Source: Bugula neritina
Lineage: Eukaryota > Animalia > Bryozoa
Assembly (NCBI GenBank): GCA_964035545.1
Contig: OZ037767.1
Coordinates: forward strand, 29,714,628-29,778,627
DNA: 64,000 nucleotides
Direction of reading: 5' to 3'
In this document: piece by piece, positions 27,501 to 39,929 of the stretch
Layout of the letters: every line of letters starts with the position of its first letter
Position numbering within the stretch: the stretch's first letter is position 1
Position numbers and translations under genes: made by a program
The notes under the pieces: generated by a model
What the model was told of the DNA's origin: nothing
The model's input: the letters and a program-made list of their open reading frames with translations, nothing else
Databases searched by the model: none

Positions 27501-28239
27501 GTTATACTTTGAAAAGAAATGCAAGTTGCATTAACAATATACACTTGAGAGTCATTAGGGAATCAGGATGCCCTTCCAGCATGTTTACTTCAAACAAACT
27601 GAGGGAATTCCACTTAGTTACTAAAGCTGTGTTGAGAAGCCATCCTCCTAGCCTTACACAACCACTAAGTATTTGAAGAAACCATACTATATACATTATA
27701 ATACATTATATATATATAAATTAAATATTATATATTATAGTAAAAGTTATACAATATATTATATATTCTTGACTTCTCAACTAAAATTAAATTTATTAGA
27801 ATAGCATGGAATCTTCATGTTCTTAAATAAAATCAAGAAAGAACATGTTGTAATAACACTACATTGGTAATTGATGAAATGATAACTATGGATAATAAAA
27901 TAGATATATAAACTTGCACATGAATGGGTATTATATTTATCAATTTTTTGTTATTTATTTTAAAAATAAGTTGTTTTTTAAATTAACTAGCTCTCAAATA
28001 AGTTGTTCTTTCACAATACAGTTTTTCATTCAGTCCTATAGAAAAATATTATTTCAATTAAAACAATATGTTGAAGTTGTTGGAATCTAGATTATCATAT
28101 ATGAAATAGAACAACAAAACAATAAAGTTAGATAAAAAAAATTGAAGGGAAAAGCGGTGAAATCCAAGGAAAAGATACAGCATTAGTTTATTTTTTGTCC
28201 TAATCCCAGTTGAAACTGTGCTGCAGTGTTTTATTTGTA

Positions 28240-28247
28240 GGGGTAAC

Positions 28248-28279
<32 letters not shown>

Positions 28280-29583
28280 ACGGTCATAGGGGTACAAAAA
28301 GCCGGCCAAATTGTGAGAGAACTTATTGACTTAGAGTTGTGATTTTTTTTTCATAAAAAGGTATTGACATAAATATTTAGCCATTGTAGTTTCAACACTT
28401 GCAGACCATACATGTTGAAAAGGCGAGTAAAAAACTGTTTTTACCTACTTTGTGTAAATTTTTTAGGGTGTCGTTAAAGCTTTATAACTTTTTACACTCA
28501 AAGGCAACAAGCCTAGATTTTACTGATATTGTTGCCATTGCTTGTCTCTACATTGCTTAATTAGTATAACAGCAAACTCTAAAATAATTTTCCTTGAGGC
28601 ACATTTATGTTCAATTTGGCTATCCGGGGCACAATGGGCCACGCTGACCGGGGCACAATGGGCCACCTAATTATTGTACCCTGATCACTGTTATTAGTTT
28701 GTTTGCCCAAAAAGTTGGTTGAAATGTTACTAAAATCTATAGATATAGCCATTTCTGACTTTTCTGTAAAATATCAAAGACATCATGGTAAGACTACCAA
28801 ACTACAAGGTGAAGCTCCCCTAATATATATATCTGGTGAGGTTAAAGCTTTGCTATTTTATACCTAATACAAAGAACTCTGCTGTTGCTACTAGTAGATA
28901 GTCATGATATTTATTATACATTATATCATTGAGGGAATATACATGTATTTAACTAAAATAAATTGTGATTTGCTGATCATTCGCTTCCCCCTCTCCCTTC
29001 CGTACTCCAGCCACAAACCGAAGCAATGCACCATATAAGCTACAGTTTATAGAAAAAAGTCCACTCAGAATTATGTAGTACAAGTTACTAAAGCTTTTTT
29101 CTAATAAAAATTCCTTTGAAGTGTAAAAGAAAACATTTTTCGTTCTAAACAGCAATGATAATGGCACTGTAGAACCGAGTGATGTGCGTTTGATTTTGCC
29201 TTCCTCTGCTATCAGTGGTGGCACAAACTGTACAGCTAAAACATGAATTTTGCTTTAGATCTGAAAGAATATTTTTATTTGTTTGTAATATTAAATAAAT
29301 AAAGATCAGATGCAACAAAATCTGCAAAGTTTCAATATATTTGTTGAGTCCCACTCAGTGGCCCATTGTACCCCGGTACCGGGGCACAATGGGCCGATTT
29401 TTTCGTCATGAAAATTTCATTATTCTGAAAGTTGTGATAGAGATAGAAACAACAAACTGGTACCTGTAATAGACAACAGATGCAGCATTAAGACTAGAGA
29501 TTATTGAACTAGTAACTTAAAAAACAGACGAATGAGAGCAAAAAATGCAAAATTCGGCCCGTTGTGCCCCCCCCCCTTACCCC
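28240..29583. mobile_element. Non-autonomous TIR DNA transposon, TA-flanked (Tc1/mariner-pogo-like)
   Basis: Left end TA|GGGGTAAC(G)nCACAACGG, right end CCGTTGTG(C)nTTACCCC|TA. Internal copies of CCGGGGCACAATGGGCC at ~28624, ~28648, ~29360 (inverted) and ~29379. No transposase ORF. Confidence 0.85.
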
Positions 29584-30344
29584 TACTTTTAATTTATTGC
29601 ATTGTAATTTTAAGGCCTATGCAATTAGAGTAGTGCATTTTTTATAGCTAAAGGTTTAAGTTTAGATATTACCATGTTTATAATTGAATCATTATCATTA
29701 TACAACAAAAACATATATAATCAGCAGCCTAAATGCTAATAATTATAACATTGCTTCATGATTACAAAACAATGAAGTAATGCCAGAGAATTGGGTTGCT
29801 CAATGTGAATATTATAATTTGTCACCATGATAATTTTATGATGTCAACTGTAATGATATTATAGAGGCTTGGTCCCAATTACAGGAAATATTCTAGACTA
29901 TATTCGTTACCTATTTAATAATAACCACATACACTAATAAAAATTATTAGTTTATCAATTATAGCAGAAAATTGTTTTAGCGCCACCATGACTACCAGCA
30001 TGTTATTTTAGTATACAGGAGCTTTAATAGTTACTGAAAATAATAGTTCGAAATTAAATTTCAACCCGAGACTTAGACTATGATAATGAAAGAGTAACTG
30101 TAAGACTAAATCCCTCAAAGCCTCAGGAATGACCATCAGCCTCACAGTCACTCATTAGTTCTAACTTACACTTCACCATCAACAAATAGTTATACTATTA
30201 GTATTAATAATAACTATTGTTTATAACTAAAAGTATAAGCATAAGTTAGTCTGCATAAGTTGATAAGCATAGTAAATTTACAGTTCTCACTCTAAGTTTA
30301 AGCCGATCAGATTCAGTAGGAGGATGAAAATCTATAGCTATGTC

Positions 30345-30735
30345 TATAATATTACTAATACTAATACTGAGTAATATTAATAGCAATATTATTACTATTA
30401 CTATTAGTAATACTAATACTAAGTCTAATATTACTAGTAATAATACTTATACTAATATACTTATAGTAATAATATTACAAATACATGCATTACAATTATT
30501 ACTATTAGTATTACTATTAGTATTACATTTACTAATACTTATACTTATACTTATAGTTATACTAATACTAATACAGTAATAGTAATAATTATAATACATG
30601 TATTTGTAATATTATTACTATTATTAGTATAACTGTTACTGTTAGTATAAGTATTATTATTACTATTAGTAATATTACTATTAGACTTAGTATTACTATT
30701 GGTATTAGTATTAAAATTATAAATTATTAGCAATA
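30345..30735. repeat. (TAC/TAT/AAT)n low-complexity tract
   Basis: Read directly. Confidence 0.85.
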
Positions 30736-31510
30736 TTGATAATGATTAAAGAGACTGTTCGTGTTCCTGGTACGCTCATACTTAAAGTTTAAGTTAACAG
30801 ATTGATAATCATAATCATAATCACTTAATGATGACATAAACATTAACTCTAAGTATAACTATAAGTAATGGCGATTCCTGATTACAATATGAATATTATT
30901 CTATTTTATATATACTTAAAAATGAAGTTTATTAATTTTTAACGTCAATAAAAAATTAAAAGCTAAGCATGGTCATAATCTTAATCATAATGCTTTTAGA
31001 TTTTCTTTGAGTGTGAGTTGAAACTTCTCTGTCATCATCTTTGCAATGAGTAAAAAATTTTGGTTAAAAGGTTAATGTATACCACCATAACTTATTTTAT
31101 ACTATTAAGTGAAATTTAGATTACCTGTGGCGTACCTTTTAGAACACAATTAATAGTTGTCTTCTATTACTATCAATAGTAATAGGAGACAACTTATTGA
31201 TAAAAAAATGTGTTAGAGCATTCCTATTAAAAACCGAGAGGATAACTCGACAGTTTTTTTTTATAGCAGCGTGGTGATGGCCTAATTAGTTCAAATTTTT
31301 GAACAATTATTAAGTCATTTTTAATATACACGTAATATAACATAAAAATTCCTCGCAGTTACTATTAAATCAATGTTTTCTTTAAAGAGTATAGCTTTGG
31401 TAAATTGTAACATGTGCTACATATGCATCTTCTTTATTATAACATATATACTAATATCATGTTTTCTATATGCACAAGTTAATCATATATAAGATGTGCA
31501 AGCGATCACT

Positions 31511-31513
<3 letters not shown>

Positions 31514-31584
<71 letters not shown>
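31514..31584. repeat. (TA)n microsatellite
   Basis: Pure TA run. Confidence 0.97.
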
Positions 31585-31588
<4 letters not shown>

Positions 31589-33261
31589 TTTATAAAATAA
31601 AACTAATTCACTAAAACAAATTACAGACTCACCCGAGACCATTAAAATGAAACTAGGCTTGATAATATAAAAGCTATCTTGTAGGAGTATAGATATTTGA
31701 TTGAATTATGTAATTTTTGCGTCATGATAACAATATCATAATACTGCCACCATGTGCTTAATAGAAGTTGGCAACATGTCAACAGTGTTATAAAAATAAG
31801 CCAGTTTAATAAATACTCTACAATCTACATTCTTCCATGAATCAACTTTTCCTTGCAATTGGATTATCCACCACCAGGTACGAGACAACTCCAAACATCG
31901 TCTCAAACACCCCTATATTTTAGCAAATAAATCACTAATTGGAGCACCTTATGTATGTGGTTACAATGTCTTGTAATTTACTTAAGATATTTAAGTTTTA
32001 ATGCATTGTTACTAACACTAGGAAAAGCTAAGCCCCATTATTGCTTTAGTTTTGTCAAGTGTTTTTATTTAGACAGCAAGATTATTATTTAACAAATTAA
32101 TTTCATGCCAAAGCTAGCAAATATATAAAAGATTCGAGTTTCTGTATTTAGTGCATTTAGGCCCAAAACAATCAGTCTGTCAGCATATTTTAAATTATAA
32201 GTTATATAATTGAATTAAAGATGTCAACAAGTGAACCTTTGTTGTCAACACACCTGTTAGTACTCAAATAGCTGACCTGACTGTATTATATACTTCCTAT
32301 ATTTTATAAATACAACTTATTTTTACATCGGTCATCTTGAAATGCTATACGGTGGATGTATGGCTGTCATTATGCTATCACTTAATCATCACTAGTTGGC
32401 AAATCAAAGACAGCTAAAAATAGACTAGATTTATTGTTTTTACTTATGAATCAAAAGGACAAAAAATAGATTTCAAAGACAAGTAGTGTAATGCTAATGT
32501 TAAACACTCACAGGTGAAAGTGCTATAGTATGCTGTTATGCTATATTACGTATGTTGCATATTGCCTCTGTATTAACAAGTTGCCTCCTATAGCCTATAG
32601 CATTCACTTTATTCAAAAGTCAACAAACATGAAAAATGATCAACTAACAATTGTACAAATCGATTTAAAAACATATTGCCATACTAATACTACAAAATTT
32701 ATGGTAGTCATATTAGTTTATTGTGGGTATATAATTTAATATTTGGTTCTAAAGTTTGTAAGCAGTGATACTGTTAAACTCTTTGGTCTCCTAAGGACAT
32801 GATTTATATGCGATAAACGATACAAAATTGAGAGATCTATATAAAACATGCAGTCAAAACATTTGTACATCTGTGGCTAAAGTTGAGCCTGCGTTTTAAA
32901 TCTAATTGAAAATTTTAAAAAATCTACAGAAAAATAACTTATATTCTCTAAAGAATAAATAGAATCTTATGAAATAATAAAAATAAATAGGCAAATAAAT
33001 TATAGCACAAAGATTCATTATTGATTGTTGTAAAAAGTTGCCTTATAAATAATAATTCATGTAATACTTGGTTCATAATTATAAATAAATACTATTTTTA
33101 CTAAAATCAACTAAAATCTACTAAATCAACCATAGCTCTTACACATGCATAATATTCATATAAAAAAATGAAGATGAAATAACTTAATACTCTTTGGCCG
33201 CCTTAGCTAAATAGGAATCTACATTATATTATTATGTCTTGAGATTGTCTAAAATATATTA

Positions 33262-35295
33262 TCATGCCTGTATGTTGTATGCATACACCATACATTCTAA
33301 GAGATTTTCCAGCTCGGACAACTTTTCCACATTGTACCCTTCTGAAGTAGACTGGGAATTCCCACACCCACAATTCTACAATGCAATACAGACATTACTA
33401 GTACAACCGAATGCTTGCTAATATATAGAAATTAACTCTCTTGCTAAAATATATGAATTGAAAACAAATATTATACAATTCAAGTGCTATTCAGTTTTAA
33501 ATTATAATTTGCTAGAAAATGCATGTATATGTAACTTTTTGTTGCTGAATCTTTGACTTGATGTTGATACGCAGAAAAGCCAGTTAACAATTTTAATGAG
33601 ATTTTCGTAACATCTTTGTTTAGTTATGCTGAAATATACTATAAACATTCAAGCTGTTTTAAAAATAGTAAAAACATCATATAAACTTGATTGTGTTTAG
33701 TTTTGAAATCTAATTACACCTACATGTAGTGAAGACCAAGAGGTAGGAGAGACTTCTGCAGTTATCTCCCCAATATAATCTAGTCGATTTCTAATATTTT
33801 GAACTAGCCTGCTGTGGTTACCCACCACACGACAGAGGGTATTAGTAGGATGCATTAGGACGGCATAGGCTGAATAAAATATACTCACAGCTTCATCTCC
33901 ATTTCCATACTGTAACACAGTTTACCATGCAGTTAAACACAAAATAAAGTTTTATATTTATTGAATAGTGATAAGATTTTGTAGGTATGCATTGGCTTGT
34001 TTAGAATTTGAACTAAGAATCAAATAATTTCATAAAATTTGCTTTTTAAAACAGCAATATTTATAATTACTTGCAACATAAAGATGAAAGAAGAAGCTTT
34101 ACGTCTCCATGGTAACAGTGACGTAATACTTACTATTGTAGAGTGCAAGCTATTGCAACACTTTTGCTGACGGCTAAAAGCTGACCCCAATTGTGTTAAC
34201 TGCAAAATTTAACATAAAATTACACATACAGCATATATGTATATAGTATAAGTGAGCGTGTATGTTTGTGTTTTTGTGTGTATGCGTGAGTGTGTAGGCT
34301 GTATAATACAAGCACCACGTAGCTAGGGTATAAAACCACTTTCAATCCGAATTTTTAAAAATATAATTTTACTTATATTGCTCACACATTATAGATTCCT
34401 TACATAGTTTCCCATAAGTGTATTTAAGTCATTCTTTAAATGACCAATTCCTGTGGTAAATTCAGACTTTTTTATTCCTGTGATATCTTCTTTAAATCCC
34501 TGAGTTAGACGTTGAATGCTGCAATATATAACCTTTTCAATATGAACTACCATTTGCCGTGAAACGTTCAATTTTGTGATATACTATACATTTTAAAGGA
34601 GAATAATATAAACCATATGTTTCAACAAACATTGGCAGGATTATAGACACCTTGATATTTTTTAATTCAATGATAAACTTAAATTGCAGCAGCATAATAT
34701 AAGTGACAACATTTAAACATAAAGTAAGTTTTTACTTTTTGTGTGAAATGAACAAATGGTCACACAATAAAGTACTTTTAAAAAAATATGTGATAGCTTT
34801 AAAAAATTATTGTATCCAAAAAGTATAATTATAGTGCTACTATCTTTTATTTAAACGGCAAGAATAGCAATAACTATACCTGCATGCTGTTCTTTTATTA
34901 CGGAAAATCGTTGATCCATCAACTGTATTACAGCACAAACTTCCAAAGAAAATAAGCAGAATGTATTTAAATGTCCAGCAAAGTTTACCAATGCACAAAG
35001 AAGCTACAAATACAAGAAAAAACTATTAAATAAAGGTATATGGTTACAAAGAAAAATCCAGTTTTTTTCCAATGAAACTACAATTATACGGTTTAACTTG
35101 ATCAGAATGAAAAACAGTAACTAAATATATATTAGCTGCCTTTAAAAGTTTAAATTTTTCTTTTGAACAGAAAATGCAAAAGATCAGTACATTATAAATT
35201 TAATGTTTATTAATAGTATTATCTGTTATGGTGTAATTATACAGATTTTTAAAGTAAAAATATCTCTCACCTCTTAATGATTTTTTAATAGTCAT
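33262..35295 (-). CDS. Secreted 209-aa protein, candidate long-chain four-helix cytokine (IL-6/CNTF/LIF-like), 6 coding exons
   Basis: Exons 35295-35271, 35003-34880, 34518-34404, 34199-34134, 33909-33724, 33375-33262 total 630 nt, all GT-AG, intron phases 1,2,0,0,0. Product: MTIKKSLRASLCIGKLCWTFKYILLIFFGSLCCNTVDGSTIFRNKRTACSIQRLTQGFKEDITGIKKSEFTTGIGHLKNDLNTLMGNYLTQLGSAFSRQQKCCNSLHSTIYGNGDEAVSIFYSAYAVLMHPTNTLCRVVGNHSRLVQNIRNRLDYIGEITAEVSPTSWSSLHNCGCGNSQSTSEGYNVEKLSELENLLECMVYAYNIQA*. The gene model is better supported than the family assignment. Confidence 0.7.
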
Positions 35296-38200
35296 TGTTA
35301 AATTTTGAGTTTGCATATATATGTTGATGAAAATATAAATAAATAAATAGTTTTTAAATAATTAAAAAATTAAAAGGCGCTCTAAATTAAGTTGCATAAG
35401 AGAGAAATGGAAGTACTTACTATAACATGTCCATCAACTCAAAGCTTATATAGGCAAATGCATTCTGCTCAAATTCTAGTTCTTACAATTAAGAATGATT
35501 CAGGCCAATTTTTAATCATTAAAATTCACTTGTTTTAACTACCATATACAAAACACATAATTAAACAATCATGCTTAAAAACAGTGTTGTGAGGTAATGT
35601 TGCACTACTTATCAACAGGTTTGTTACTCCTAATGTAATCATTACACATGTAAGTGTCTAGTTATTCATAATAAAGCTTGTAGGTGAAATATTATTGTTG
35701 AGCACGTAAACAGAGTTAATGCCTTTTGAAACTTTGCCAGAAATTTAGCCGAGTTTCCTCAATATTCTTTGATGGCCAGAGAATTTTAACAGATTAATTT
35801 ACATAAAAAGACAGAGAGACTTTAGGATATATGTCCATGTTACTCCTATTTTGTCTTCGTGTTAGTAAATTAGCATTTAGGATGAAGTGTGGCCCTTTAA
35901 AAATAAAATCAATAATATTGAACAGTAGGATATATTTTTAACAGACTTTGTGATTCCGTATTAATTTTATAGACTGCAAATACTTTGTAATAAATTTTTG
36001 CGCATATCCTAAAAATCTGTTATTTACAAAATTTATAAAACTTGCCAATATCAACCTTTAATCTGTACTATCAGGAGGAAATATGAAATATTAAAGCTAC
36101 TGCATGGTTTTATAACTTCCTTTGAACAATATTCAAATATTCGTTATATCTCTTGCATGAGTAAAGCACAAGCCATATGCAATTACTGGTACGTTAGTTA
36201 TAAGCTTTTAGACAAATTAATGCATTGTTTGAACACTAAATCCTTCAAATTAACAGTTTATTAGAATTTCTTACAAATAAATATTATAATAACATAATGG
36301 CAGTGAAATATTTGAATAATGGTACAGAAAGGCATTTTCTGATCAGAAAGTGTTTTTACTTTTGTTGTTTAAAAATAAACAAAACTGGAATTTCCAAAAG
36401 AGAAACTTTAAATAAGAAACATTTTAATATGCACACATATTAGGGTTTGGCAAAAATTATTGGATTAAGTTTTCTGGTTATTGGAGTCGAGCCAATTTTT
36501 AAGACCAGGTAGTTAGTTTTACTTAAAAGTTTTTTGTTTTAATATAATATTACAGGTAGTTAAAAGTTACCTGTTAGCTGTTGCCTGTGATACTTTATGA
36601 GTTACAGTTTTGATTGCTATAAGGAAAATATTCTATAGCATGCTTGTTATATGAAAGAAATATTATTCTGGCAAATAACATTCTTTTTGAAAAGTCTTGC
36701 AGCTAAAATTTGCCCAGCTGTTATAGACTTGGCTACCAACAAATATTTTCACTATGTATATGCTTTAATCTTTTTTATTATAAAAATATCAAAATATCTT
36801 TTTCAGCTGTAATTGAAAAAATTGATAAATTGATAAAAATTGGTACATTTTTTTATTTATTACACAAATTCTCCAGGTATAGGAATTGCTATAGCAGAAA
36901 CTGCTGTTTGTTGTTATTATTTTATACCTGGTAGTGATAAATATTTTTAAACAATTGGAAATACTAACAAAATTGTCATGGCATTAAACAAAAAACTGAC
37001 ATTTTTTTGCAACTGACAATAATTATTAACCTCATGCCCTAAAGTGAAGGAAAACGTAAAGTGAAAGAAAACATAATGTTTTATAATTCAGGTAAAAAAA
37101 ATTCATAACAATTTTTCGGGCCCACGTGTAAAACTACTGAGTACATTACTCACTAAAATAATCTTAGTAATTTAATACAATATGAACTAAAGTACAAAGT
37201 GAAATAAATTTGTGAAATACAAACATCTTTTGTTTAGTTACGTTGAATAACAGATGTTAAATCATTCAACAAAATAAATGCTTCCTCTGCAGTTGCTATT
37301 TTTATCTGAGAGGTAATTAATTATAATTAGTTTCAGCAGGGCAGCAAGGAGGTGTTTTCAATCCACTCATAGCCTTTAAATCTACAACCAACACCTAACA
37401 CCAAAAGGGTCGCTTCAGCACCACCCGGCGGCCGTAGATGCTGCGCCAAAGGCTAAATGTACTTGGGATTTTACTTTCAGATTATTTTAGCGAAACATGC
37501 TGATTTTGGTGTAATTATAACACTTACATGTTTGTGCACAACTCAAACAGGGTTTAACAGCCGCTAAAGCTTTTAGCTTCTAAATTGATAGTTTGCTGTC
37601 TGCAACCAAAATTAACAGACAGTTGTTAGTGAAACTAAGTAACAAAAATTCTAGGAAAAAGTTGGTGTTGTATTTTCATTACCTATAGCTTTTGTAAAAG
37701 TTTGATAAATTTCAATAATTCTAATACACTAATAAATTGGTACAAAGTTTTTTTATCTTTAAATTTAAAGTGTAAATACCAGGGAGTTAAGTCTAATGAG
37801 CATTAGCAATAAGTTTCTCAGTTTCAAGAATATAACAAAGGAAGCTGCTACTGTTAATATTCTACTAGGAATAAGACAAATTGTGGAGTTTTGGCTTTCA
37901 TCCAAATATTCCTGAATAAAGACATAACAACTTCTGGAATTTTGTGAAACTGGCCACTTCAAGTTAATTAAAGTTATGAATAATGGGCACTACTACAGCT
38001 AGTGGAATGAACTTCAGGAATGAGGTCAAACCTATTTCATGACATAACGAAGTCTTACAAACTACAAACATGAACTTTTGACTTTGAATGACCAACTTAT
38101 GAGTACCTTTTTATTACACACTGCATCCAATTATGTAATTACTTACCTCACCTCTCGTCTCGCTCAGCCATGCGTTAGTTATTTTTATTAATCACTTTTT

Positions 38201-39929
38201 ATTAATGGCCAGCGGAAATAATTTAGTTGACAAATAAAAATCAAGGGTGATATTTGTTGAAGGCAAACTGCTTGTGATTATATTTTCAGTTTGTAAGTTT
38301 CAGTTTGATTTAATTAATGTAAATACATTACTTTCATTTGAAGACTACCTGTGAATGCATATTGAGTGCTACAAAATGAGAAGTTACAGTATACGTGAGA
38401 CTATCCTTGCTTCTATTGACTCACTCAAACATATGTAGGTGTCTTGAAGTAAATGTGATACAGGTGGTGCTTAGGCTATCTATAAAAATACTATGCCAAA
38501 ACACTGAGGCCTAAAGGGTACCAGCCCATCATACGCAGTCTTTCTTCGCTGAAAACTTAGACTATAGGTCTACCTTTGAACGTAGCTTAAGGGTTTATGT
38601 ATATATAAAAAGAGTGTTTTTATTTTGAAATCATAAACTTGGCACATTTAATGTAAACTTCAGTTTAATGTGGGTTCATGCGTCAGCTTAAGTGTTAAGT
38701 TGTTGGTTATTTCCTCCTTCCTTTTAGTTATTCATCACTGAAACAGCTTGTATAAAGTACATCAGCTGTTGTATTGAACATGCAGCATTTTATTATTCTA
38801 GCTGTCAACTGGAAACTGGTTTAATAATCAAACAAAGGTGTTTTCATTGCAGCTTTGATGTAAATCTTTATGGTCCCGAAAGGGCAGCTAGATGACTAAA
38901 AACAGTAATATAGTTGATAAATAAGTGAAATTTATTTTTAATCAACGCTATGAGAATCATCCTTCTGCAGCTGACGACATCTACGTTAGCAAAACTTGTA
39001 AACAAGTAAAATCATAAAACCAAACTTTGCCAATTTTTGAGGGTGGAGTGACATTAGTGTTAAGGTTGGGGCTGAAGCAACACTATTCCAGTATTGCCAA
39101 AGAGAAAGGAAGGTTGTTATTTGTTCCAAAGGATAAAGTATTTGCCCAATCTGTTGCAGTATTTGACCACAAAATTCATTGCCAAAACAACTATATTTCT
39201 CTTTAATGTTAAATAGTATAAAATTCTATAATAGAAAATATGAATCTACAAGAATGTCAAAATGCATGCATTTTAATTAAAAAATATGCTGCAATAAATT
39301 AAAAATCATTTGTTAAACCAAATATGCAAGAACAGATTAATTAATATGACGTTTCAAGGTAACGAGGAAGTTTGTGATTCAATGAAATTCTTATAAATTA
39401 ATATTATTTCAGTGATCATTGTAGAAAATGTACTCCATTACGCGAAATTCCAAGCAATTGTTTACCATAAGCTGTACACCACACGACAAAGCAAGGCAAA
39501 TACATAATATGTGAACAAAAGCTTACAAGTCAATAATTTGAAATTATATAACATAACATTTCAGTACTAAGAAAATTTGAGAAAAGTTTCTAAGTTGGTT
39601 TAAGTTAAGTATGGTTTTTTTAGAGTGTGAGCAAACTCATGTTAGTTTAAGGTTTTCATTTTGTGAAAACTCATAACTAGGCTAAGAACTGCACGTCTCA
39701 CCATTCTGGTAACATGGTTGGACGACTCTTGATGCAACAGGAACAATTATAATCCGATGCTCTTCCTGACATCACCAATGACCTATGAACTTTGCTCATT
39801 GGCCACTAGGCCAAGGCTTTTTTCTTATTTGAGGGCTTTAAGGTTATTCAGAAAAGACAGCATATATACTTTTGCACTCATGAGTGAAAGTCCCATTTGT
39901 ACCATATACAGTTACTATACTGAGTATAA

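Noticed and set aside
30340-30579. Hydrophobic Ile/Leu ORF resembling a membrane peptide
   Set aside because: Low-complexity TAC/TAT repeat.
24600-32000. Possible further 5' exons and AP-1 sites of Regnase (donor-like sites at ~24746 and ~31632; TGACTCA at ~23571 and ~27249)
   Set aside because: Short motifs expected by chance; no coding constraint to anchor them.
33354-33363. Perfect NF-kB-like palindrome GGGAATTCCC
   Set aside because: It falls inside the last coding exon of the cytokine candidate (Gly-Asn-Ser codons); no independent regulatory evidence.
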